A DNA stretch of 64,000 bases from Betaproteobacteria bacterium. GTDB lineage: Bacteria > Pseudomonadota > Gammaproteobacteria > Burkholderiales > Casimicrobiaceae. The notes under the pieces were generated by a model that did no database searches, had not been told where the DNA came from, and worked only from the letters and a program-made list of their open reading frames with translations. The number at the start of each line of letters is the position of its first letter. Positions within the stretch are counted from its first letter, which is position 1. The DNA lies in assembly GCA_016717855.1 (NCBI GenBank), contig JADKEV010000035.1, forward strand, positions 9,097 through 73,096. Direction: 5' to 3'. Below, in pieces: positions 9,444 to 17,980 of this stretch. A program made the translations under genes and the position numbers.

Positions 9444-10919
9444 TTACGGTGGCAAACTGAACACTGTGCCGATGTTGCAGTGCGCAGCCGTCGTGGCGCA
9501 CACACTGTAGCAGGGCGACTGTGGACTTGGCTCGCAGGATGCGCGGGTGGGGGGGCCGGCCGCGGGGCGCCCCGGCCGCCGGCCCCCGCGGGGGCGCACG
9601 CGCAAGAGCAGGTCCTCGCGGTGCGGCGCGGCGAAGAGTTGCATGCCTATCGGCAACTTTCCGGGCCGCAGGATCGGGACCGTCAGCGCAGGGCAGTCGG
9701 TCCCCGCGAGCGGTTGCGCGAACCAGCCCAGCGTCGGACCGGTCGGCAGGTCGCGGCCGCCGATGCGTATCGTCCGGCTTCCCAGCGGCGGGGCCACGCA
9801 CGGCGTCGCCGGCAGCAGCAGCACGTCGACCCGCTCCAGCAGCCGCAGGACTTCCGCGGTGTGCCAGCGCCGGAAGCGTTGCGCGTGCAGATACCATTGC
9901 GCGGGCAGCAGCGCGTGCGCGAGGAAACGCTCGCGGGTCAGCGGATCGAAGCCTTCGAGGTTCGCGCGCAGCGCTTCCAGCTTGCCTACCGCGCTCTCGC
10001 TGGTGTGCACCAGCATCGCCGCGGCCCGCGCGCGCGCCGGCTCCGGAAAGTCGACGCACGCGGTGATGCGCAGCGCGGCGGCGGCCAGAGCGACCGCCTC
10101 GGTCGCGTCGTCGTCGAGCCCTTCGGCGAAGTAGCCGCCGGCGCGTGCCAGCCGCAGGCCGTCGGCGCCCGCATCCAGCGTATCGACGGTGCGGCGCGCG
10201 GCGAGGCCGCCACCGCACAAGGCGTCGAGGCACAGCGCGACATCGCGCGCGCTGCGCGCCAGCGGACCGACAGTGCCGATCGTGCCGCTCTCACCCAGCA
10301 GCCCTTCCGCCGACACCGTGCCGCGCGTCGGCCGCAATCCGTAGACCCCGCACAGCGACGCCGGCAGGCGAATCGAACCGAGACCGTCGCCGCCCAGCGT
10401 GACGGGCAGGATGCCGGCCGCGACCGCCGCGGCGGAACCGCCGGACGAGCCGCCCGCGGTGCGCGTCGGATCATGCGGGTTGCGGGTCGATCCGAACCGC
10501 GCGTTCTCGGTGGTGCCGCCCATGCCGAACTCGTCCATGTTCAGCGCGCCGATGCAGACGGCGCCGGCCGCTTCGAGCCGGCGCACGACAACCGCATCGC
10601 GGGCGGCGGGCGGATCGCCGGCGTGCAGCGCGGAACCGCCGCTGGTGGTCAGCCCGGCGATGTCGATCATCGCCTTGACGCCGAACGGGACGCCTGCGAG
10701 CGGCCCCGGGGCGATCCCGGCGCGACGCGACGCGTCGAGCGCCGCTGCCTTGGCGCGCGCGCGGTCCGCGGCCACCGCGGTGAAGGCATTGATCGTCGGA
10801 TCGAGCGCGGCAATGCGCTTCAGTGTCGCTTCCAGCACCGCGGTCGCCGATACCGCGCCCGACTGCACCGCGGCGGCGACGGCAGCCGCCGATGCGTCGG
10901 CGCGCAACGCGTCGCTCAC
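9444..10919 (-). CDS. Amidase signature family enzyme, AtzE-like
   Basis: Amidase signature GGSSGGSAAAVAAG and a Ser-cisSer-Lys context are present. A DUF4089/AtzG-like gene lies immediately upstream. The last ~50 aa are low complexity and overlap GC palindromes, so the 3' end is uncertain. Confidence 0.85.
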   Translation of the reverse strand: MSDALRADASAAAVAAAVQSGAVSATAVLEATLKRIAALDPTINAFTAVAADRARAKAAALDASRRAGIAPGPLAGVPFGVKAMIDIAGLTTSGGSALHAGDPPAARDAVVVRRLEAAGAVCIGALNMDEFGMGGTTENARFGSTRNPHDPTRTAGGSSGGSAAAVAAGILPVTLGGDGLGSIRLPASLCGVYGLRPTRGTVSAEGLLGESGTIGTVGPLARSARDVALCLDALCGGGLAARRTVDTLDAGADGLRLARAGGYFAEGLDDDATEAVALAAAALRITACVDFPEPARARAAAMLVHTSESAVGKLEALRANLEGFDPLTRERFLAHALLPAQWYLHAQRFRRWHTAEVLRLLERVDVLLLPATPCVAPPLGSRTIRIGGRDLPTGPTLGWFAQPLAGTDCPALTVPILRPGKLPIGMQLFAAPHREDLLLRVRPRGGRRPGRPAAGPPTRASCEPSPQSPCYSVCATTAAHCNIGTVFSLPP

Positions 10920-11107
10920 GCCGGGTCGTCGCCGCCGGCGAGTGCGGGGTCGGCCGGGGCGGGCAGCGGAAAGTCGATCACATCCGCTGCCATTGCATGC
11001 AGGCGCGCGAGGTTCGCAGCGACGCCGTCGCGGTACGCCGCAGGGACAGGCAAGTCGACCGCGGCTGCTGCCGCGTCGAGGTAGGCGTAGGGGTCGAAGG
11101 TGTTCAT
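10916..11107 (-). CDS. AtzG-like small protein (DUF4089 type)
   Basis: The 63-aa product MNTFDPYAYLDAAAAAVDLPVPAAYRDGVAANLARLHAMAADV... has a 4-nt overlap with the amidase start. This pairing is typical of AtzE/AtzG. Confidence 0.6.
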   Translation of the reverse strand: MNTFDPYAYLDAAAAAVDLPVPAAYRDGVAANLARLHAMAADVIDFPLPAPADPALAGGDDPA

Positions 11108-11111
11108 GCGC

Positions 11112-11408
11112 TCACGTCGCGCCGCCCGCCGCCTGCGCGCGGCGGCTGCGCAGGTTATGCACATGCACCCAGCCGCCCTGCCGGACCGGCGCCGTGGTCT
11201 GGCCTATGCACTGGCCGTACTTGATCACGGCGGTGCCGGCCGCGAGGTCGGCCAATGCGATCTTGTGGCAGAGCGCGACCGGCTCGAGCGCCGTGATGGC
11301 GATCACGCCCGCCGCGGTCCACACGGCCACCGTCTCGCCGGCGGCGATCGGCTGGAGCACGGTGGCGACGTTGTCGCCCGCGGCCAGTGTGGTGGCCTGC
11401 CAGTTCAT
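11112..11408 (-). CDS. UxaA family hydrolase, small (SAF-domain) subunit
   Basis: DNVATVLQPIAAGETV...ALCHKIALADLAAGTAVIKYGQCIG is the N-terminal SAF module of altronate/galactarate dehydratase-like enzymes. Confidence 0.8.
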   Translation of the reverse strand: MNWQATTLAAGDNVATVLQPIAAGETVAVWTAAGVIAITALEPVALCHKIALADLAAGTAVIKYGQCIGQTTAPVRQGGWVHVHNLRSRRAQAAGGAT

Positions 11409-12568
11409 AGTGCGGGCCCGAGCCGGCTCACAACGTCTTCGCCTTCGTCGAGAATCTCGCCCCAGGTCAGCGTGCCCGACGCCACTTCGAGGACCAGTGC
11501 CTGCAGCCGCGCGGCGGCGTCCGCCAGCGACGCGCGGCGCGCGAACACATCGCTCGCGTCGAAGTCGAGTTGCTCACGCAGCCGCCGCGTCGCGACCGGA
11601 TTGCCGGAGATCTTGATCGTCGGCGCCAGCCCGCTGACAAAGCTGTTGCCCACGCCGGTGGTGAACAGCACGAGTTGCGCGCCCGAAGCCACCAACCCGC
11701 CGACGGATTCCGGCGCGTAGGCCGGCGCGTCCATCAGGTACAAGCCGGGCCCGGGCAGCGGCTCGGCGATGCCGACCACGCCGCGTATCGGCGAGCGGCC
11801 GCCCTTGGCGATCGCGCCCAGCGACTTCTCCTCGATGGTGGTGAGGCCCGCCGCGATGTTGGTCGGCCCCGGATTGTTGCCGAGCAGGTCCAGCCCGGCA
11901 TCGATCGCGGTGCGTTCGCGGCGGAGCACCGCCGCCTCGATCGCGCGCGCCACCTCGGGATTCGCGGCCCGCGCGGTGAGCAGATGCTCGGCGCCCAGCC
12001 ACTCGATGGTTTCGCCGAACACCGCGCGCCCGCCAGCGTCGATCAGCGCGTCGACGACGGCGCCGACCAGCGGGTTCGCCACCAGGCCGGAACTCGGATC
12101 GGAGCGGCCGCATTCCATGCCCAGGAACAGTTCGGCGAGCGGCACCGGGACGCGGCGCGCGCGCGATGCCTCGCGCATCATCCTGGCCGCGATCCGCGTG
12201 CCGCGTTCGGTGAGCGTGAGCGCGTCGTGGTCGCAGTCGTCGAGGATCAGCGCTTCCACCGGCTTGGCCGTAAGCGCGATGCTCGCCACGACTTCGTCGA
12301 CCAGCGGCGGCGAGGCGCCGATGACCAGCACGGCGCCCACGTTCGGATGCGCGCCGAATGCGGTCAGTGCGCGCCGCTGCAGCGCCGCGTCGTCGCCGAC
12401 CAGGCCGCTGCCGTATGGCGTCGTCACCACGCGCGCGCCCGGCACCGCGCGGCCGATACGGCGCGCGGTCGGCCCGGTCAGCCCGGTGACCGACAGGATC
12501 AATACGTGATTGCGGACGCCGACCGTGCCATCGGGGCGGCGAAAGCCGTCGAACGCGGGGCCGGTCAT
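11405..12568 (-). CDS. UxaA family hydrolase, large subunit
   Basis: FRRPDGTVGVRNHVLILSVTGL...FLGMECGRSDPSSGLVANP...TTGVGNS is the catalytic part of a split UxaA-type dehydratase. The start overlaps the AKR stop. Confidence 0.85.
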   Translation of the reverse strand: MTGPAFDGFRRPDGTVGVRNHVLILSVTGLTGPTARRIGRAVPGARVVTTPYGSGLVGDDAALQRRALTAFGAHPNVGAVLVIGASPPLVDEVVASIALTAKPVEALILDDCDHDALTLTERGTRIAARMMREASRARRVPVPLAELFLGMECGRSDPSSGLVANPLVGAVVDALIDAGGRAVFGETIEWLGAEHLLTARAANPEVARAIEAAVLRRERTAIDAGLDLLGNNPGPTNIAAGLTTIEEKSLGAIAKGGRSPIRGVVGIAEPLPGPGLYLMDAPAYAPESVGGLVASGAQLVLFTTGVGNSFVSGLAPTIKISGNPVATRRLREQLDFDASDVFARRASLADAAARLQALVLEVASGTLTWGEILDEGEDVVSRLGPAL

Positions 12569-13572
12569 GCCGCGACTTCGCTGCGCGGCTCGGGCGCCTG
12601 CGCCGGCAGCAGGCGTTCGGCCTTCAGCTCGTCCCACAACGCGCCGGGAAGCGGCAGCGCGGCCCAGGCCATGTTCGTGTCCACTTCGGCCCGCGAGCGG
12701 TAGCCGCAGACCGCCGAGACCACGACCGGATGCGCGAGGGTGAACTGCAGCGCCGCGGCGCCCAGCGGCACGCGATGGCGCCGGCACACGGCTTCGATCC
12801 GCCGCGTGCGTTCCAGGATCTCCGGCGGCGCGGGCTGGTAGAAGAACCTGGCGCCGGCGGTCGCGCCGGTGGCGAGGATGCCCGAATTGAACGGCGAAGC
12901 GACGATGACCGCGCGCTTCTGCTTCGCGCACAGCGGCAGGAAGTCGTCCAGCGCGGCGTGCTCGAGCAGCGTGTAGCCGCCGGCGAGCATGAAGCAGTCG
13001 AAGTCGCCCGCGCGGGCGAAGCGCGCGCAGACGTCCGCGCCCTTGACGCCGACGCCGATCGCGCGCACCACGCCCTCGCTCTTCAGCCTGAGCAGCGCAC
13101 GGTACGCGCCATTCATCGCCTCGCCGAACCGCTCTTCGTAAGCCTCGCCGTGCCAGCGCGGGTTCACGTCGTGCAGGAACGCGATGTCGATGCGGGCCAG
13201 TCCCAGCCGCTGCAGGCTGTCCTCGAACGAGCGCAGCGTGCCCTCGTAGCTGTAGTCGTAGTAGTAGTCGAACGGCATCTGCCCCGGCGCGGGCGCATCG
13301 GTCCGTGGACGCAGCCGCCGGCCGACCTTGGTCGAGAGCACGAACTCGTCGCGCGGCCGCTGCCGCAGCGCCGCCCCGGCAAAGTGTTCGCCCAGGCCGT
13401 TGCCATAGAACGGCGCGGTGTCGAAGTAGCGGAAGCCGCGGTCGTACGCATAGCCCAGCAGATCGGCGGCCTCGCGCTCGGCGCCGATGTCGAACAGGCT
13501 GCCGCCGCCGTAGCCCAGCCGCGGCAAGGCCAGGGCGCCGGCCGCCGGCGGGTCGCCTGCGCGGACGATCAT
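12565..13572 (-). CDS. Aldo/keto reductase
   Basis: LLGYAYDRGFRYFDTAPFYGNGLGEHFAGAAL and ...ASPFNSGIL motifs are present; the product is 335 aa. Confidence 0.9.
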   Translation of the reverse strand: MIVRAGDPPAAGALALPRLGYGGGSLFDIGAEREAADLLGYAYDRGFRYFDTAPFYGNGLGEHFAGAALRQRPRDEFVLSTKVGRRLRPRTDAPAPGQMPFDYYYDYSYEGTLRSFEDSLQRLGLARIDIAFLHDVNPRWHGEAYEERFGEAMNGAYRALLRLKSEGVVRAIGVGVKGADVCARFARAGDFDCFMLAGGYTLLEHAALDDFLPLCAKQKRAVIVASPFNSGILATGATAGARFFYQPAPPEILERTRRIEAVCRRHRVPLGAAALQFTLAHPVVVSAVCGYRSRAEVDTNMAWAALPLPGALWDELKAERLLPAQAPEPRSEVAA

Positions 13573-14919
13573 TTGAGGTCGGGCAGGCGGCCGGTCTTGC
13601 GCCCGGCACGCGTCATCAGGTCCTGGACTTCGGCGGCGCCGCGATTGAGCGTCTCGGCCACCGATGCCTTGCCGATCACGCATTCGTTCAGGCGCAGCGA
13701 GAGCAGCGAATTCATCTGCGCGGCTTCGGGCACGACCGCGTACATCTTCGCCACCTGCGAATTTTCCGCCTGGGCCTTGAGGAAGCGAAACTTGGGATCG
13801 CGCGCGATATCGGTCTTGCCCATGTCGGCGCGCACCGGCACCGCGCCGTAGCGCGTGTAGGCGATCTGCCGGTCGAGGCCCTGGAACCAGGTCAGGAACG
13901 CCAGCGCGGCCTGCTGGCGCTCGCGCGGCACGTTGCGCGCGATGGCGCCGATCCAGTGGCCGGCGCGGCTGGCATGCTTGCCGCCGGCGCCGCGCGGAAT
14001 CAGCGCGGTCTCGAACTTGCCGACCACGGCGGACTTGGCCGGGTCTTCCAGCTGCGCCCAGGCGCCGACGATGCCGACAGTCTGCGCGGCCTTGCCGGTG
14101 GCCATCAGCTGGATCATCTGGCCCTGGCTGACCGAGCCCGCCGTCGGATAGCCGCCGCCCTTGCCGAGCTTCACGTAGAACTCGAGCGCGGCGCGCGCGG
14201 CCGGGCTGTTGAACACGACGCTGAAATCGCCCGCGGCGGCGTTGGCGAAGATGTCCCCGCCGAAGCTGAACAGGTAGTTCGCGAAGTCGGCCAGCGCCGA
14301 GTCGCGGTCGTCGCGATGCACGAAGCCGTAGACGCGCGAGCCGTCGTTGAGCCTGGCCGCGTTCTCGAGCACCTGGTCCCAGGTCTCGGGCACCTTCAGC
14401 CCGTGCTGGTCGTACAGGTCCTTGCGGTAATAGAGCACTTCGACGTTGCCGTTGATCGGCACGCCCATCAGCTTGCCGCCGGCGGCGTCGAAGCTGCGCA
14501 CTTTCTCGTTCCAGAAAATGGTGCCGCCGAACGTGTTGATCTGCGGATCCAGCTTGAAGCCCGGCTCGAGGTCGGTCAGCGGCACCAGGAAGCCGCCGTC
14601 GAAGAATTCGACCATCCAGTTGTTGTCGATCGCCAGCAGGTCGTAGGACCCGGCGCCCGCGCGCAGCGAGTTGCGGATCTTGTCCAGCGCGCCGGCATAC
14701 GGATTGACGTCGAGCTCGATCTTGTTCCCCGTTTCCTTCGTGTATTGCTCGGCCAATTGCCGGAAGCCGCCGAACCACGGGGACTGGTTGATCACCATGG
14801 TGATCGGCGCGACACGGGGGACCTGCTTGGGCGCCGACCTGGCGTGCAAGCGTGCTGGCGCCTAGCGCGGCGGCGCCGGCATAGGTCAGAAACTGGCGGC
14901 GATTCAGGGCGGCGGGCAT
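13569..14919 (-). pseudogene. Sugar ABC transporter substrate-binding protein (family 1), apparent -1 frameshift after the Tat signal
   Basis: Tat leader MPAALNRRQFLTYAGAAALGASTLA (from 14919) is in a different frame from the mature domain ...PRVAPITMVINQSPWFGGFRQLAEQY... The break is at the G5 run 14816-14820. Confidence 0.8.
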
Positions 14920-14973
14920 GGCGGGTTCCTCCAATCGATTCGAGACGGCTGCGCAAACATCTGTATTACAAGC

Positions 14974-14989
14974 ATGTTTGCGCAAACAT
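14974..14989. promoter_or_regulatory. Perfect 16-bp palindrome ATGTTTGCGCAAACAT; candidate LacI-family operator
   Basis: Lies in the 116-bp divergent region between the binding-protein gene (14919, minus) and the LacI gene (15036, plus). A second half-site TGCGCAAACAT is at 14950-14960. Confidence 0.55.
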
Positions 14990-15035
14990 TCCAATCTTGC
15001 TACAGTCATGCAGCCATGTCAAATACCGGATTCGC

Positions 15036-16073
15036 ATGAGAGACCGGCCGGACCAGCCGCGTGCGGCGGACAGCGGGAATGCGCCGCGCCTGACCGATGT
15101 CGCGCGCGTCGCGCGGCTGTCGGCGATGACCGTTTCACGAGCGCTGCGCGAGCCGGAAAAGGTGTCGGCCGAAGCGCGCGCGCGCGTCGCCGCGGCGATC
15201 GCCGAGACCGGCTACGTGCCCGACCTGGTGGCGAGCAGCCTGACCAGCCGCCGCACGCGCCTGGTCGGGCTGGTGATCCCCACGATCACCGCCTCGATCT
15301 ACGCGGCGACCGTCGCCGGGATGACCGCGGTGTTGCGCGCCCGGCAATTCGAGGCGCTGATCGGCGACAGCGGCTACGTGCTCGATGGCGAAGAGAAGCT
15401 CGTCGCCGCGTTCCTCGGCCGGCGCGCCGACGGCATCGTGCTGAGCAACGTCGAGCATACCGGCGGGACCCGCCGCGCGCTGGAGCGCGCGCGCATTCCG
15501 GTGGTCGAGACCGGCAACCTCACCGCCGATCCGATCGACATGGTCGTCGGCTTTTCCAATCATGCGGCCGCGCTGGCGATGATGGGCCATCTGGCCGGCC
15601 GCGGGCATCGGACGATAGGCTTCATCGGCGCGGCGGTCGCCGGCAATCCGCAGGCCGCGGATCGCCGGCGCGCTTACGACGAAGCCGTCGCCGCGCACGG
15701 GCTGACCCGCGCGCCAGCGCTGACCATCGAGTGCCCATCCGACCTGGAGGCCGGCGCGAAGGCGCTGGTGCGGATCTGCGAGCGCCATCCCGAAGTGACC
15801 GCCATCTTCGCCGCCAGCGAAGTGCGCGCGATCGGCGCCCTGCTCGAATGCCAGCGCCGCGGCTGGCAGGTGCCCGGGCGCATCGCGATCGCGGGCTTCA
15901 ACGACGCGGGGATGGGCGCCTGGCTGGTGCCGGCGCTGACGACGGTGCGCATCCCGCGCGAGGAAATCGGGCGCCGCGCCGCGCAGATGATCCTCGACCG
16001 GCTCGAAGGCCGCGCGATCGCGGAAGCGCAGGTCGACGTCGGTTTCGAACTGGCCGTGCGGGAGAGCGCATGA
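15036..16073 (+). CDS. LacI family transcriptional regulator
   Basis: HTH motif LTDVARVARLSAMTVSRALR is followed by a periplasmic-binding-protein-like effector domain. Confidence 0.9.
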   Translation: MRDRPDQPRAADSGNAPRLTDVARVARLSAMTVSRALREPEKVSAEARARVAAAIAETGYVPDLVASSLTSRRTRLVGLVIPTITASIYAATVAGMTAVLRARQFEALIGDSGYVLDGEEKLVAAFLGRRADGIVLSNVEHTGGTRRALERARIPVVETGNLTADPIDMVVGFSNHAAALAMMGHLAGRGHRTIGFIGAAVAGNPQAADRRRAYDEAVAAHGLTRAPALTIECPSDLEAGAKALVRICERHPEVTAIFAASEVRAIGALLECQRRGWQVPGRIAIAGFNDAGMGAWLVPALTTVRIPREEIGRRAAQMILDRLEGRAIAEAQVDVGFELAVRESA

Positions 16074-16945
16074 GGCCCGAGGTCGCCACCCGGCGCTGGA
16101 TGCTGGCGCCGGCGCTGCTGCTCTTCGCCGCGGTCGCGGTGTTGCCCATCGCCGAACTCGTCGCGATGAGCCTGGCGCGCATCGACTGGATCCAGGGCAA
16201 GGCCAACTGGCAATACGTCGGGCTCTCCCAGTACGCGCGCGTGTTCGGCGACCCGCTGTTTCGCGCCGGCGCGTTCAACACGCTGCTCTTCGCCGCCGGC
16301 GCGGTGTTGGCGCAGATGGTGCTCGGCTTCGCGCTGGCGCTGATGACCACGCGCATCACCCGCGGCCGGGTCCTGTATCGCACCGTGTTCCTGCTGCCCA
16401 TCCTGGTGCCGGGCATCGTCATCGGCGCGATCTGGAAGCTGATGTACAACTTCGACTTCGGCGTCCTCAACCAGATGCTGGGGGTGTTCGGACTGGCGCC
16501 GGTCGACTGGCTGGGCAACGGCGCGACGGCGTTGCTCGCGGTCATCGTCGTCGACGTGTGGCACTGGACGCCGTTCGTGTTCCTGCTGATGCTGGCCGGG
16601 CTGGAGAGCCTGCCCACCGATGTCTACGAGGCGGCGCGGGTCGACGGCGCGACGTTCTGGCAGGAACTGCGCCACGTCACGCTGCCGCTGATGCTGCCCG
16701 CGATCGTGGTCACGCTGGTGTTCCGGCTGATCGTCAGCGTCAAGGTCTTCGACGAGATCTACCTGCTGACCGGCGGCGGCCCCGGCACCGCCACCGAGGT
16801 CGTCAGCTACACGATCTTCCGGCGCTTCTTCACGGAAGGGCAGACCGGGTACGGCTCGGCGATGTCGGTCGTCGTGCTGTTCGCGCTGGCGCTCGCGTTC
16901 ATCCTTGCCCGGGCGGTCACGCGCCGGCGCGAAGCCACGACATGA
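16070..16945 (+). CDS. Carbohydrate ABC transporter permease (MalF-like)
   Basis: Six TM segments and EAA loop YEAARVDGATFWQELRHVTLPLMLP. The ATGA start overlaps the LacI stop. Confidence 0.9.
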   Translation: MRPEVATRRWMLAPALLLFAAVAVLPIAELVAMSLARIDWIQGKANWQYVGLSQYARVFGDPLFRAGAFNTLLFAAGAVLAQMVLGFALALMTTRITRGRVLYRTVFLLPILVPGIVIGAIWKLMYNFDFGVLNQMLGVFGLAPVDWLGNGATALLAVIVVDVWHWTPFVFLLMLAGLESLPTDVYEAARVDGATFWQELRHVTLPLMLPAIVVTLVFRLIVSVKVFDEIYLLTGGGPGTATEVVSYTIFRRFFTEGQTGYGSAMSVVVLFALALAFILARAVTRRREATT

Positions 16946-17769
16946 ACCGCGCCCGCCTCCAGAGCCTCACCCTGCACGCCGCGTTGGTGGCCTGTGCGCT
17001 GGTGGTCCTCGGACCCTTCGTATGGATCGCGCTGGCCGGGTTCAAGACGCAGATCTCGCTGATGCTCGGCGAGATCGCGTTCACGCCGATGCTGGACAAC
17101 TTCCGCGAGCTGCTATTTTCGAGCACGTCGGACTACCTGGCGAATTTCCGCAACAGCCTGATCGTCGCCGGCGCGAGCACGGTGATCGTCCTCGTCGTGT
17201 CCACGCTCGCCGCGTACTCGATCGAGCGCATGGGCTGGCCGCGCTGGGTCGTGCATCTGTTCCTGCTGGGCGCCGCGGTGTTCAACGCGATCCCGGCGAT
17301 CACGCTGGTCGGCGCGTGGTACGTGATGTTCCGCAGCCTCGACATGTACAACACCTACGCGGCGGTCATCCTGGCGCACGCGACGCTCAACCTGCCGATA
17401 GGCATCTGGCTGATGGCGACGTTCATCCGCGAAGTCCCGCGCGAACTCGAGGAAGCCGCCCGCATCGACGGCTGTGGCACGCTGGCGCTGCTGTGGCGGA
17501 TCATCGTGCCCGTGGTGATGCCGGGACTCGCGGCAACCGCGATCCTGGTGTTCATCCACAGCTGGAACGAGTTCGTCGTCGCCCTGAACCTGACCGCCAA
17601 GCAGACGGCCACGGTGCCGGTCGCGATCGCCAAGTACGCGCAGGAACACGAGACCAAGTACGGCGAGATGGCGGCCGGTGCGCTGCTCTCCACGCTGCCG
17701 GCCCTGCTCCTGCTGTTCTTCGGGCAGCGGCACATCGTGCGCGGGTTGACGGCGGGGGCGGTGAAGTAG
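16942..17769 (+). CDS. Carbohydrate ABC transporter permease (MalG-like)
   Basis: EAA loop LEEAARIDGCGTLALLWRIIVPVVMPG. The ATGA start overlaps the previous permease. Confidence 0.9.
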   Translation: MNRARLQSLTLHAALVACALVVLGPFVWIALAGFKTQISLMLGEIAFTPMLDNFRELLFSSTSDYLANFRNSLIVAGASTVIVLVVSTLAAYSIERMGWPRWVVHLFLLGAAVFNAIPAITLVGAWYVMFRSLDMYNTYAAVILAHATLNLPIGIWLMATFIREVPRELEEAARIDGCGTLALLWRIIVPVVMPGLAATAILVFIHSWNEFVVALNLTAKQTATVPVAIAKYAQEHETKYGEMAAGALLSTLPALLLLFFGQRHIVRGLTAGAVK

Positions 17770-17796
17770 GCGCGGTGGCAGTGCGAGGTGGCGAAC

Positions 17797-17934
17797 AGCC
17801 TCGAACTCGCGTTGCTTCGCGTTTTGCGCTGCGCGCAGGAATTCGTCGCTGGCAACCGACTGCGTGGGAATGGGCGAGCGGGACCGGCGGCGTTCGGCGG
17901 GGATGAGTCGTTCCAGGTCATCGGGTGACAACAC
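17797..17934 (-). pseudogene. 5' fragment (~46 codons) of an amidohydrolase gene paralogous to 7841-9358
   Basis: VLSPDDLERLIPAERRRSRSPIPTQSVASDEFLRAAQNAKQREFEA matches MLSPDDLERLIPAERLRFRSPIPTQSVSSDEFLPATQSAKQREFEA. The rest of the gene is absent. Confidence 0.8.
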
Positions 17935-17980
17935 GGCATTCTCTTCGGTGGTTGGTGTTCGCTCAGGGGGGCGCATCCAG
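17800..17980. repeat. Copy B of the ~181-bp direct repeat
   Basis: Same orientation as 9224-9404. The start codon is mutated (ATG to GTG). Confidence 0.85.

Noticed and set aside
8880-11084. Very long ORFs with Arg/Ala/Pro/Gly-rich translations. Examples are 8880-11084 (+), 2074-3276 (-), 13305-15035 (+ part), 36176-39838 (+), 43880-47431 (+), 47329-49410 (+) and 30853-33408 (-).
   Set aside because: They lie antisense to, or out of frame with, genes carrying strong family motifs. Their composition is the typical shadow-ORF signature of high-GC DNA, and none contains a recognisable motif.
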